Source: an uncultured delta proteobacterium (GTDB lineage: Bacteria > Myxococcota_A > Polyangia > Polyangiales > B10-G4). Taken from it: DNA of 64,000 bases. This document shows, piece after piece, positions 47,958 through 58,436 of this stretch (its first letter is position 1; every line of letters begins with the position of its first letter). Below the pieces are notes generated by a model, which searched no databases, was not told the origin of the DNA, and saw nothing but the letters and a program-made list of their open reading frames with translations. Both the position numbers and the translations under genes were made by a program. The stretch lies in contig CAVSGI010000006.1 in NCBI GenBank assembly GCA_963727445.1, forward strand, positions 384,001-448,000, read 5' to 3'.

Positions 47958-49214
47958 GTGGTTCGTCCGGTCGTCTCGCTGCTTCTGATGGTCGCTTCCG
48001 GCTGCATTCCGCCGGAGCTCGGCGAGTGTGATGAGACGGTCGCCCGCGTCGTCGTTTACACCGACGACGCGCAAGGTCTTCCAGCCTACGCGGGCCAGGC
48101 GCTGATCAACCAGTCGTGCGGCGCGGGCGCTTTCTGCCACAGCGAGGGCGCCGTCGACCGCCACGGCGCGCCGCTGGGCATGGACTTCGACCTCGCCCTC
48201 GCGACGGACGAAGCACAGACCGAGCGCCTCCGTCGCGACCAGGCCACCGCCCACAGGCTCGGCCGATGGATTCTCCTCGAGGTCCAGCAAGAGACGATGC
48301 CGCCGGGTGCCATCGGCGCCGAGGTGGCCGCCTCGGGGCCCGCCTACCGGAACCTGCCGGCGCTCTTCAGCCCAGAGGGGAAGGAGACCCTGCGCAACTG
48401 GCTCGCGTGCGGGAGCCCGGTCGTGGAGCGCGTCTCTGCCGACCGTCCGACCGGCGTGCAGCCGGTGGGCGCGATCGTGCCCGCGCTCCCAGCCACCCCC
48501 CCGGGCGGCTGCACCGGTGGTCTCGTCGACTGCGGCGGTGCCTGCGTGAACACGACGACCGATCCGGCTCACTGCGGCGGTTGTGACACCGCGTGCGATG
48601 CGGCTTCTTTCTGCAGCAACAGCAGCTGCACCACGGACTGCCCAACGAGCACCACCGAGTGCAATCGGTCCTGCGTGGACACCGGCACCGATCCGATGAA
48701 CTGCGGCGGCTGCGGCGCGGTGTGCGCGTCAGGGGAGACGTGCAGCGGGGGCGCCTGCGCCTGCAGCGCCGGGCTCGTGGATTGCGGTAGCGGTTGTGTC
48801 GATACCCAGAGCTCGGCGGATGATTGCGGCGGGTGCGGCATGGCCTGCGCCTCGGGCGAGGTCTGCGAGGCGGGGACGTGCGTGGCGTGCGGCGACAGCA
48901 TCAGCTTTTCCCGCGACGTGATGCCTCTCTTCGGCGGATGCACCGGCTCGACGTGTCACTCCGGCGTGCGGCCCGCGGGGAACCTCGATCTGAGCTCTGG
49001 AAGCATGTGCAGCTCGATGGTCGGCGTCGCCTCGAGCTGCGGATCGCGCCTCTACGTCGAGCCGGGCGCGCCCGACCGGAGCTACGTAGTCGACAAGCTG
49101 CGTGGCCGGAACCTCTGCCGCGGCCAGCAGATGCCGCTGCGCGCCCCGGCCCTGCCGGAGTCGCAGATCGCCACCATCGAAGACTGGATCTGCGGCGGCG
49201 CCCGGAACGACTGA
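47958..49214 (+). CDS. Lipoprotein with two atypical heme-c-like domains flanking Cys-rich (Stig1/MXAN_6577-like) repeats
   Basis: CGAGAFCH...MPP...LRNWL and CTGSTCH...QMPL...IEDWI; repeats of CV.T..DP..CG.C...C. Confidence 0.7.
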   Translation: MVRPVVSLLLMVASGCIPPELGECDETVARVVVYTDDAQGLPAYAGQALINQSCGAGAFCHSEGAVDRHGAPLGMDFDLALATDEAQTERLRRDQATAHRLGRWILLEVQQETMPPGAIGAEVAASGPAYRNLPALFSPEGKETLRNWLACGSPVVERVSADRPTGVQPVGAIVPALPATPPGGCTGGLVDCGGACVNTTTDPAHCGGCDTACDAASFCSNSSCTTDCPTSTTECNRSCVDTGTDPMNCGGCGAVCASGETCSGGACACSAGLVDCGSGCVDTQSSADDCGGCGMACASGEVCEAGTCVACGDSISFSRDVMPLFGGCTGSTCHSGVRPAGNLDLSSGSMCSSMVGVASSCGSRLYVEPGAPDRSYVVDKLRGRNLCRGQQMPLRAPALPESQIATIEDWICGGARND

Positions 49215-49220
49215 GGAGAG

Positions 49221-49808
49221 TCAGGGCCCGCTGCGGACCAACTGGATGTTGCAACGGCTCGGGCCTGCGCTGCCGCAGGAGAGGGTCCATGTGGAGGTGG
49301 CGGCGGCCCACATCCCCGTGCAGCTCTCGCCGCCGCCGGTGCCGAGGGTGAGCGAGGCGCCAGAGAGCGAGCCCGCCCCGGAGATGGTCGCCGTCCCATT
49401 CAGCGCGCCGGCGGAGCTGAAGGTGGCGGCGCAGGCCATGCGGTCGCCGTCGATGCGCTGCGTCGCGCTGTTGTCGAGGTCGCCGCAGCCGATGCCGGTC
49501 GCGAAGACCGAGAACGCCCCGAAGACATCCGGACAGTTGACGGTGGAGGAGGTGTCGGCAGGGCCGGAGTCGGCCATCGACGAGTCCGTGGGTGCGCCGT
49601 CGGACGCCGACCCGTCCATCGGGGGCGAGGTGTCGCGCCGCGGCGTGGCCGAGTCGCGAAGCGCCCCGCTGTCCGCGCTCGCTCCGCCGTCGGTCGGTGG
49701 GCCCGCCGGGTCGCCTCCCACCTCGAAGCAGCCGCCCGACACGACGACCGCCACCGCGCACAGAGCGTGCGCGATGTGCGGTCGCCGCGGGTCGGGGAGC
49801 GGACTCAA
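49221..49808 (-). CDS. Hypothetical lipoprotein
   Basis: Hydrophobic leader ending SGGC, D/S/T linker, Cys-containing domain. Confidence 0.6.
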   Translation of the reverse strand: MSPLPDPRRPHIAHALCAVAVVVSGGCFEVGGDPAGPPTDGGASADSGALRDSATPRRDTSPPMDGSASDGAPTDSSMADSGPADTSSTVNCPDVFGAFSVFATGIGCGDLDNSATQRIDGDRMACAATFSSAGALNGTATISGAGSLSGASLTLGTGGGESCTGMWAAATSTWTLSCGSAGPSRCNIQLVRSGP

Positions 49809-49812
49809 GGGT

Positions 49813-51021
49813 TCACGGCGCGGCGCAGGTGCCGCTCACGCAAGGACGCCCCATGCAGGCGTTGCCGCAGGAGCCGCAGTTCGCTGGGTCGACGTTGGTG
49901 TTGGTGCACCGGTCGCCGCAGAGGGTGAGACCGGCGCGGCACCCGACGCAGACGCCGAGTCGACAGGTCTCGTCCGCAGCGCAGGTGGTGCCGCAGCCGC
50001 CGCAATTGAACTCGTTGGTCTGCGTGTCGACGCAGGCGCCGGAGCAGTCCGTGAGTCCGGCGCCACAGGTCGTCGTGCAGCTGCCCATGGAGCAGACTTC
50101 ACTGGACCCGCAGGCGGTGGTGCAGTCGCCGCAGTGCGCGGGGTCGCTCGCGATGAGCACACAATCCGTGCCGCAGGCCGTCTCGCCCGGCGCACAGCTG
50201 GTCATCATGCAGCTGCCGCCGTCGCAGTACTCCATGGGGGTGCACATGGTGCCGCAGGCGCCGCAGTTGTTCGGGTCGGTGTCGGTGTCCACGCACATGC
50301 CCATGCAGTCGGTCTCGGTCGTCGCGCACATCGCGGAGCAGCTCCCCGCCGTGCACACCTCGCCCGAAGCACACATGGTGCCGCAGCCCCCGCAGTTCGT
50401 GGGGTCGGTATCGGTGTCCACGCACGCCCCGCCGCAAGAGGTCGTCCCCACGGGACAGCCACACGCGCCCATGGTGCACACCTCACCCGTGGCGCAGGCG
50501 GTGCCGCAGCCGCCGCAGTTCGCGGCGTCGGTGTCGGTGTCGACGCAGGCGCCGCTGCAGTCCGTCAGACCCGTACCACAGCTGGCGGCGCAGCTGCCCG
50601 TGTCGCAGACCTCGCCCGAAGCGCAGGCGGTGCCGCAGGCGCCGCAGTTCATGGGATCGACGAGGGGATCCACACAGGCCATGGAGCAGACGATCTCGCC
50701 CGCCCCACAGGTGAGCCCGGCGTCCGTCATCGCGTCGCCGGCCGCGTCACCCGCGGCGTCGCCGGCCGCGTCGCCCGAGGCGTCGGCCATTCCATCCATG
50801 GTGGCGTCCATCGAGCCATCCATCGAGCCATCCGCGGCGCCGTCCATGGTGCTGGTGTCCGCCGGACCGGTGTCGCCGGTGCTGGTATCGGCCGGCCCGG
50901 TGTCCCCTGTCGAGGTGTCCGGGGTGCCCGTGTCCAAGAGCCCCGTATCCGAGGTCGTGGAGTCGTCGCCGCAGGCGGCCAAGAGCAGCCCGCTCAGACA
51001 AAGCATGGAAATCAAACGCAT
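49813..51021 (-). CDS. Cys-rich repeat lipoprotein (Stig1/MXAN_6577-like repeats)
   Basis: LAAC lipobox; about 7 repeats of CVDT.TD..NCG.CG..C. Confidence 0.8.
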   Translation of the reverse strand: MRLISMLCLSGLLLAACGDDSTTSDTGLLDTGTPDTSTGDTGPADTSTGDTGPADTSTMDGAADGSMDGSMDATMDGMADASGDAAGDAAGDAAGDAMTDAGLTCGAGEIVCSMACVDPLVDPMNCGACGTACASGEVCDTGSCAASCGTGLTDCSGACVDTDTDAANCGGCGTACATGEVCTMGACGCPVGTTSCGGACVDTDTDPTNCGGCGTMCASGEVCTAGSCSAMCATTETDCMGMCVDTDTDPNNCGACGTMCTPMEYCDGGSCMMTSCAPGETACGTDCVLIASDPAHCGDCTTACGSSEVCSMGSCTTTCGAGLTDCSGACVDTQTNEFNCGGCGTTCAADETCRLGVCVGCRAGLTLCGDRCTNTNVDPANCGSCGNACMGRPCVSGTCAAP

Positions 51022-51094
51022 AAACCCTCCGTAAGCAAATCGGTCTGTATTTCAGCCTACGACTTTTTGTCGTCGTCGAGAACCAAGCCGTAGC

Positions 51095-52483
51095 TCACTC
51101 CACTCGGAAGACGCCGCGCAGGTCCTCGGTGGCGCTGATGTAGCTTCGCGCCCCGGTGCGATCGCGATAACTCCACGCCCGGAACTGATAGATCATCCCG
51201 GCGTCCAACATCGCGCCGCTCCAGGTGTAGGTCACGGTCGCCGCGCCGCTGACGCTCGGGATCATCGTGTTCTCGTGCACCACCTCGCCGAAGGCGTCAT
51301 AGACGCGCAGCTCGTAGCCGTCCTCGGAGCTGTCGTCGGCCCACTCGAAGGTGGGATCGCCGCTGATGGTCTCGATGGTGTCGGCGCCCGGCATGATGAC
51401 CTCGAGGGCGGCGGTGACCTTGAAGACGTCGAGGTCGACGTCCGTGCCGGAGACGTCGATGCGGATGACCTCGGTGCCGCCGATGCCCGCGTCGGGGTCG
51501 CGCACCAGATCGTCGTTTTCGAAGGCCGCCAGCACGGCGTAGCGGCCCGGCGGCACGCCGGCGATCTCGTAGGCGCCGGTGACCATGTCGGCGCGCAGGC
51601 CGGCCGGTGCTTCGCCGCGCACCGTCGCCGGGTCGAAGGTGGAGTCGACCACCAGGATCACCGAGGTGACCTGCTCGACGCCGCCCGCATCGGCGAAGTT
51701 GATGGTGCCGCGCACCGTGGCGAGGCCGTCGGTAGTGGCGGTGAGGGTGACCATGTCGACCGCGCCGGTGGTGGTCAGGGTCTCCGGGTGGACGTTCAGG
51801 CCGGCGCGATAGCCCGACACCGTGGTGTCACCTGCAGGCACGTTGAAGAGGATGAAGGTGCCGTCGCGATCGCTGATGGCCGTCGAGACCGCAGTGCCTC
51901 CCTGCTCGGCGATCACGAGCACGCCGTCACCGTCGGGGTTGTCGATGCTGCCCTCGATGCGCCCGCCGCCGCTGCCGCTCGGCAGGGCGATGAGCGCCAC
52001 GTCGGTGGTGGCGTTCATGATGAAGCGTCCGTCCGCGTCCTCCATCAGCTGCATCTCGGCGACCTCGATGGGGAGGGCCTGCCGCGGCGGCTTCGGGAAG
52101 GTCTGATATCCGTCGGCGTCGACGCGCAGGGTCACGCTCTCCGCATTGAACGATCCGTCGTCGGCGCGGTCCACCGCGATGGGGAGCACGTAGGTTCCGT
52201 CCGCCGCCGTTCGGGCGACGACTGAACGGGGGGCGGCGCTCGCGTCGATGGCCACCACCGTCGCGCCTTCGATGCCGGCGCTGGTCGCCGCGTCGAAGAC
52301 GGTGCCGCGGAGCTGGATCGGAACGAAGCAACCCGGCGTATCGGTGCCGGTGATGTTCTCGCAGACCAGCCCCTCGTCGCAGCCTTCGGAGGTGCCCAGC
52401 GTGCAGGTCTCTTCGTCGCCTCCGCAGGAGAACAGGAGGCCGCAAAGAAGGAAAAGGATCGTTGAGGTAGCAAAGCGCGTCAT
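51095..52483 (-). CDS. Lipoprotein with carboxypeptidase-regulatory-like (Ig/transthyretin-like) domains
   Basis: LFSC lipobox; LRGTVFDAAT..GIEGATV and FILFNVPAG. Confidence 0.7.
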   Translation of the reverse strand: MTRFATSTILFLLCGLLFSCGGDEETCTLGTSEGCDEGLVCENITGTDTPGCFVPIQLRGTVFDAATSAGIEGATVVAIDASAAPRSVVARTAADGTYVLPIAVDRADDGSFNAESVTLRVDADGYQTFPKPPRQALPIEVAEMQLMEDADGRFIMNATTDVALIALPSGSGGGRIEGSIDNPDGDGVLVIAEQGGTAVSTAISDRDGTFILFNVPAGDTTVSGYRAGLNVHPETLTTTGAVDMVTLTATTDGLATVRGTINFADAGGVEQVTSVILVVDSTFDPATVRGEAPAGLRADMVTGAYEIAGVPPGRYAVLAAFENDDLVRDPDAGIGGTEVIRIDVSGTDVDLDVFKVTAALEVIMPGADTIETISGDPTFEWADDSSEDGYELRVYDAFGEVVHENTMIPSVSGAATVTYTWSGAMLDAGMIYQFRAWSYRDRTGARSYISATEDLRGVFRVE

Positions 52484-52516
52484 GAGTCCAGAGTATAGAA
52501 ACCGTGACGGGGCTTA

Positions 52517-52552
52517 CCAGAGTGGGTCTGTGTGGGCGGCGACCTACATCGC
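52517..52552. promoter_or_regulatory. 36-bp conserved intergenic element, copy 2
   Basis: CCAGAGTGGGTCTGTGTGGGCGGCGACCTACATCGC in a second divergent intergenic region. Confidence 0.65.
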
Positions 52553-52582
52553 AACGTTCGTCCCACGAAGTACAATGAAGTG

Positions 52583-55253
<2,671 letters not shown>

Positions 55254-55305
55254 GCAGACGGGCGCCACCTCGGCGCGTTATCGTTGAACGCGGAGGAACG
55301 ATCGA

Positions 55306-55827
55306 ATGACACGCAACGTCTCTATGGGTCTCGCCGCGCTCCTGATTCTGCTCGGCGGCTGCATGCTCAAGACCAACTCGACCTCGACACAGTCTGGCGG
55401 CACCACCACCACGCCGGCGACCACCGCGAGCAGCGGCGGAGACGACGATGATACGGGCGGCACCAGCTCGGCCGTGACGGACGGCGACGCCGACGACGAT
55501 GACGCCGTCGACGAGAGCGAGAGCGGCCACCCGCACGGCGGGCCTCCCGGACAGACCGGGGAGCATCCCGAGCACCCGCACGGCGGCCCGCCCGGACACG
55601 CGGACGACGATGGCGACGGCGATCACGACCGCGGCCACGGCAACGACGCTGACGGCGAAGACGAGGACAACCCGGGACGCGGCCGTGGCGGGCGCGGGAG
55701 CTCGATGGCGTCGATGGCGTCGATGAGCGCCATGGGCGGCGATCACGATCGCGGCCACGGCAACGACGCCGACGGGGAGGACGAGGACAACCCCGGCGCC
55801 AGCATGGGCAGCATGGGGATGCACTGA
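55306..55827 (+). CDS. Asp/His/Gly/Met-rich low-complexity lipoprotein
   Basis: LGGC lipobox; 2x HPHGGPPG and 2x GDHDRGHGNDADGEDEDNPG. Confidence 0.75.
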   Translation: MTRNVSMGLAALLILLGGCMLKTNSTSTQSGGTTTTPATTASSGGDDDDTGGTSSAVTDGDADDDDAVDESESGHPHGGPPGQTGEHPEHPHGGPPGHADDDGDGDHDRGHGNDADGEDEDNPGRGRGGRGSSMASMASMSAMGGDHDRGHGNDADGEDEDNPGASMGSMGMH

Positions 55828-55836
55828 TCCCCCTGG

Positions 55837-55861
55837 CCTCGCCCCCGCTCAGGGGGCGAGG
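55837..55861. terminator. Hairpin at the junction of convergent genes
   Basis: CCTCGCCCCC-gctca-GGGGGCGAGG, 10-bp stem, overlapping the opposite gene's stop. Confidence 0.45.
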
Positions 55862-56778
55862 TTGATGTTGATCTGGTAGTTGCCGCCCTCGCCGCCGAGG
55901 CCATCGATCACGAGGTAGACGTCCTGGCCGGCGGTGGCGGCGAAGCTGGTCTGCGAGAACTGGTTCACGCCCATCTCGATGTCGTCGTTGCAGCCGAGGA
56001 GGGTGGCGGGGGGGCAGCTGGGGTAAGCGCTCAGGACGGTGTCGTATTCGCTGCCGATGGTGTCGAACACCCAGGTGCCGTCCGATGGCGCGGTCCAGTA
56101 ATGAATTCGATCCGGTGATCCGCCGCCTCCGCACGGGCTGAGGTTGTCGCTGCCGCCGAGGATCGTGGTCCCGGAGAACACCGCGTCGCCGGTGGCCATC
56201 GACGCGGTCGCGTTCTCGGGGCAGGTCGAGGGCGTCTCGCCGATGATCGTCGTGTCGAAGCACGATCCGACGGTCGTTCCGAACTCGGCGTCGAGCGTGG
56301 GGCACATCATGTTCGCCGCGGTCGCCGCGGTGTTGCACTCCGCGATCGTCGCGTCGTCGCAAGCCGCCCCCTCGACGCAGGACGCGAACTCCTCGCTGGC
56401 GAGCGCGTAGCAGTCATAGAAGGGCGCAGCGGCGCTCATCATCGTCGCCCAGGCCATGTCGACGCAGGCGTCCTGTTCGGGGAACTCCTGAAAAGCAGCG
56501 CAATCCTCGGCGTTGTCGAATCCGCGATCCATGAACATGCACGCGCACAGGGCTTCGTTCACGCGCGCCTGGGCGGCCCGGCTTCGGGTCAATCCGTCGC
56601 CCATGGGCCCTCCGTCCGTCCCGGTTCCCGTATCGGTGATGGTGCCGGTGTCAGTGGTGCCGGTGTCGGTACCGGTGTCTCCGGCGGCGTCGGTGGAAGC
56701 ATCGGTGACGCCTCCGTCGTCGCCGCACCCGAAGGCGAGCGTGAGGATGAGGGAGTGGACGACGAAGTGCGGCTTCAT
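55849..56778 (-). CDS. Cys-containing lipoprotein with C-terminal PPC-like beta domain
   Basis: AFGC lipobox; WTAPSDGTWVFDTIGSEYDTVL...LGCNDD...YLVIDG. Confidence 0.72.
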   Translation of the reverse strand: MKPHFVVHSLILTLAFGCGDDGGVTDASTDAAGDTGTDTGTTDTGTITDTGTGTDGGPMGDGLTRSRAAQARVNEALCACMFMDRGFDNAEDCAAFQEFPEQDACVDMAWATMMSAAAPFYDCYALASEEFASCVEGAACDDATIAECNTAATAANMMCPTLDAEFGTTVGSCFDTTIIGETPSTCPENATASMATGDAVFSGTTILGGSDNLSPCGGGGSPDRIHYWTAPSDGTWVFDTIGSEYDTVLSAYPSCPPATLLGCNDDIEMGVNQFSQTSFAATAGQDVYLVIDGLGGEGGNYQININLAP

Positions 56779-56834
56779 GGGCCGCTAGTCCCACGAACGC
56801 GTCTAACCATGCAAGTCCCCCAGCCGAGGACGGC

Positions 56835-57442
56835 TCAGGTCCGGACCACGCCGTTCAGGCTGACCATGTAGGCGTCGCGGGCGCCGTCCTTCACGAAGCT
56901 CTGGACGGTGCGGGCGAGCGTCGCGCCGAGCAGACCGATCATCGGCAGGTGTTCGCCGCCTTCACACGTGGCTGAGTTCTGGGGGGCTGCTCGCCCCCTC
57001 CGGCCCCCTCGGCCTGCGTGTCCTCCCGGTCCGGCGTGAAGTCCTCGTCCCAGCGGACGAGACCGAAGCTGCCGTCGCCGCTGAGCGCAGCGTGGACGAG
57101 GGGGATGTCGGCGCCGCGGCAATAGTCGCTGGCGATCATCCGGCTGTCGTAGTTATCGAAGCAGTCGACGACCAGGTCGCTGCCCGCGAGCAGCTCATGG
57201 TCGTTGTCCTCGGTGAGGCGCACGCCGAAGGCTTCGCTCTTGATGCCCCAGAAGTTCGCGAGCTGAAGCTTCATCGCCTGCGCCTTGTTCTTGTTCAGGC
57301 TCTGCTTCACGAAGACCTGCGCGAGCAGGTTCTTGGACTCGACGCGATCGAAGTCGACGAGCCGCAGCTCCGCGCCGAGCGAGCGGCACAGAACCACGGA
57401 CGTCGACCCGAGCGCGCCGATCCCGACAAAGGTGATGCGCAT
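56835..57442 (-). CDS. ThiF/MoeB/E1-like adenylyltransferase; -1 frameshift near 56971
   Basis: MRITFVGIGALGS, VDFDRVESKNL, NKAQAM, DLVVDCFDNYDSR; second frame continues ATCEGGEHLP; ATG overlaps the upstream TGA. Confidence 0.85.
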
Positions 57443-58017
57443 CAGGACTCCTGGGGGCCGGGAGCACACTCCCGGCTTCGGGCCGCTGCGCTCCCGGTCC
57501 CGCGCCGCACCGCTGCGCGGTGCTCTGCGGGCCCGTCCGCTCCGCGTCCCGAAGCCTTCTGCGCACGGCCGGGAGCGCACTCCCGGCTTCGGGCCGCTGC
57601 GCTCCCGGTCCCGCGCCGCACCGCTGCGCGGTGCTCTGCGGGCCCGTCCGCTCCGCGTCCCGAAGCCTTCTGCGCACGGCCAGGAGCGCACTCCCGGCTT
57701 CGGGCCGCTGCGCTCCCGGTCCCGCGCCGCACCGCTGCGCGGTGCTCTGCGGGCCCGTCCGCTCCGCGTCCCGAAGCCTTCTGCGCACGGCCGAAGGGCA
57801 CCTTGGGACGCAGATAGATTCGGCCGTGGCCGAAGCGGTCGATCACGTAGTGGTCGAACGCGCCCTCGTGGAGGTTCGCGATGTGGAGGCCCGGCAGGCC
57901 CCCCGAGCGGACGAGCTCCACCGCGATGCGGCGGATCTCGCGATCGCCCATGTGTGGCTCGATCGCGCGCGGGTAATCCACGCTCATGCCGTTGTAGGTG
58001 ATGTTGAGGATGGCCAT
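57442..58017 (-). CDS. Putative ubiquitin-like modifier: 76-aa core ending PKVPFG, plus a repeat-derived tail
   Basis: GAAGGAGG RBS; TGATG coupling to both JAB and ThiF; codons 1-76 (58017-57790) show a strand-strand-helix-strand pattern. The Ubl fold is inferred from context. Confidence 0.65.
   Translation of the reverse strand: MAILNITYNGMSVDYPRAIEPHMGDREIRRIAVELVRSGGLPGLHIANLHEGAFDHYVIDRFGHGRIYLRPKVPFGRAQKASGRGADGPAEHRAAVRRGTGSAAARSRECAPGRAQKASGRGADGPAEHRAAVRRGTGSAAARSRECAPGRAQKASGRGADGPAEHRAAVRRGTGSAAARSRECAPGPQES
57456..57788. repeat. 3 tandem copies of a 111-bp palindromic REP/MITE-like element
   Basis: Units start at 57456, 57567 and 57678; internal hairpins GCCGGGAG-N4-CTCCCGGC, GCACCGC-N3-GCGGTGC and GGCTTCGGG...CCCGAAGCC; GGCCG recurs at 57789. 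Confidence 0.92.
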
Positions 58018-58436
58018 CAGTCGCCTCCTTCCCTCTTCGTGGAGCGTCGCGCACCTGACGCGAGCCGCATTAGATCGGCCCACCAGGGCTCGTCGTCCCC
58101 TTCGAGGATGCGCTCCTCGCGTGCGGGCTCCTCGCCCGCCTCGCCGGGAGGTCCGTAACTTCTAACCACGACCTCGGCCGGCGCTACCACCGAAAAGCGG
58201 ATCGGCCGCGCCAGGGCCGTGACCAGCGCCGCCATGGTGGTCTCGTCTTCCTGCGAAAACGCCGCCGGTCCACGCGGATGACTGTGCGCGATCTCGACAA
58301 GCGTCTCGCGCCGCGACCAGATGGCGTCCCAGCGGGCCCGCGAGTCGGGGAGGGCGCTCGGGTCGTCCGATGCATCGGACCACGCGATCACCTCCCCCTC
58401 GCAGATCAGGAGGCAGACCTCGCGAGCCTCGCTCAT
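58017..58436 (-). CDS. JAB/MPN (Mov34) metalloisopeptidase
   Basis: N-terminal Glu (REVCLLI) and JAMM motif HSHPRGPAAFSQED. Confidence 0.85.
   Translation of the reverse strand: MSEAREVCLLICEGEVIAWSDASDDPSALPDSRARWDAIWSRRETLVEIAHSHPRGPAAFSQEDETTMAALVTALARPIRFSVVAPAEVVVRSYGPPGEAGEEPAREERILEGDDEPWWADLMRLASGARRSTKREGGD

Noticed and set aside
49102..51093. Long plus-strand ORFs with PQ/HA-rich repeats
   Set aside because: Antisense of the Cys-rich repeat lipoproteins, which have proper lipoboxes
57456..57788. 111-bp array as CRISPR or as a real protein repeat domain
   Set aside because: No spacers; units are nearly identical in DNA and palindromic, so the peptide repeat is a by-product
56835..58436. 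Ordinary thiamine/molybdopterin/cysteine sulfur-carrier operon
   Set aside because: No thiG, moaE, cysM or rhodanese partner is adjacent, and the small protein does not end in GG; not fully excluded without searches
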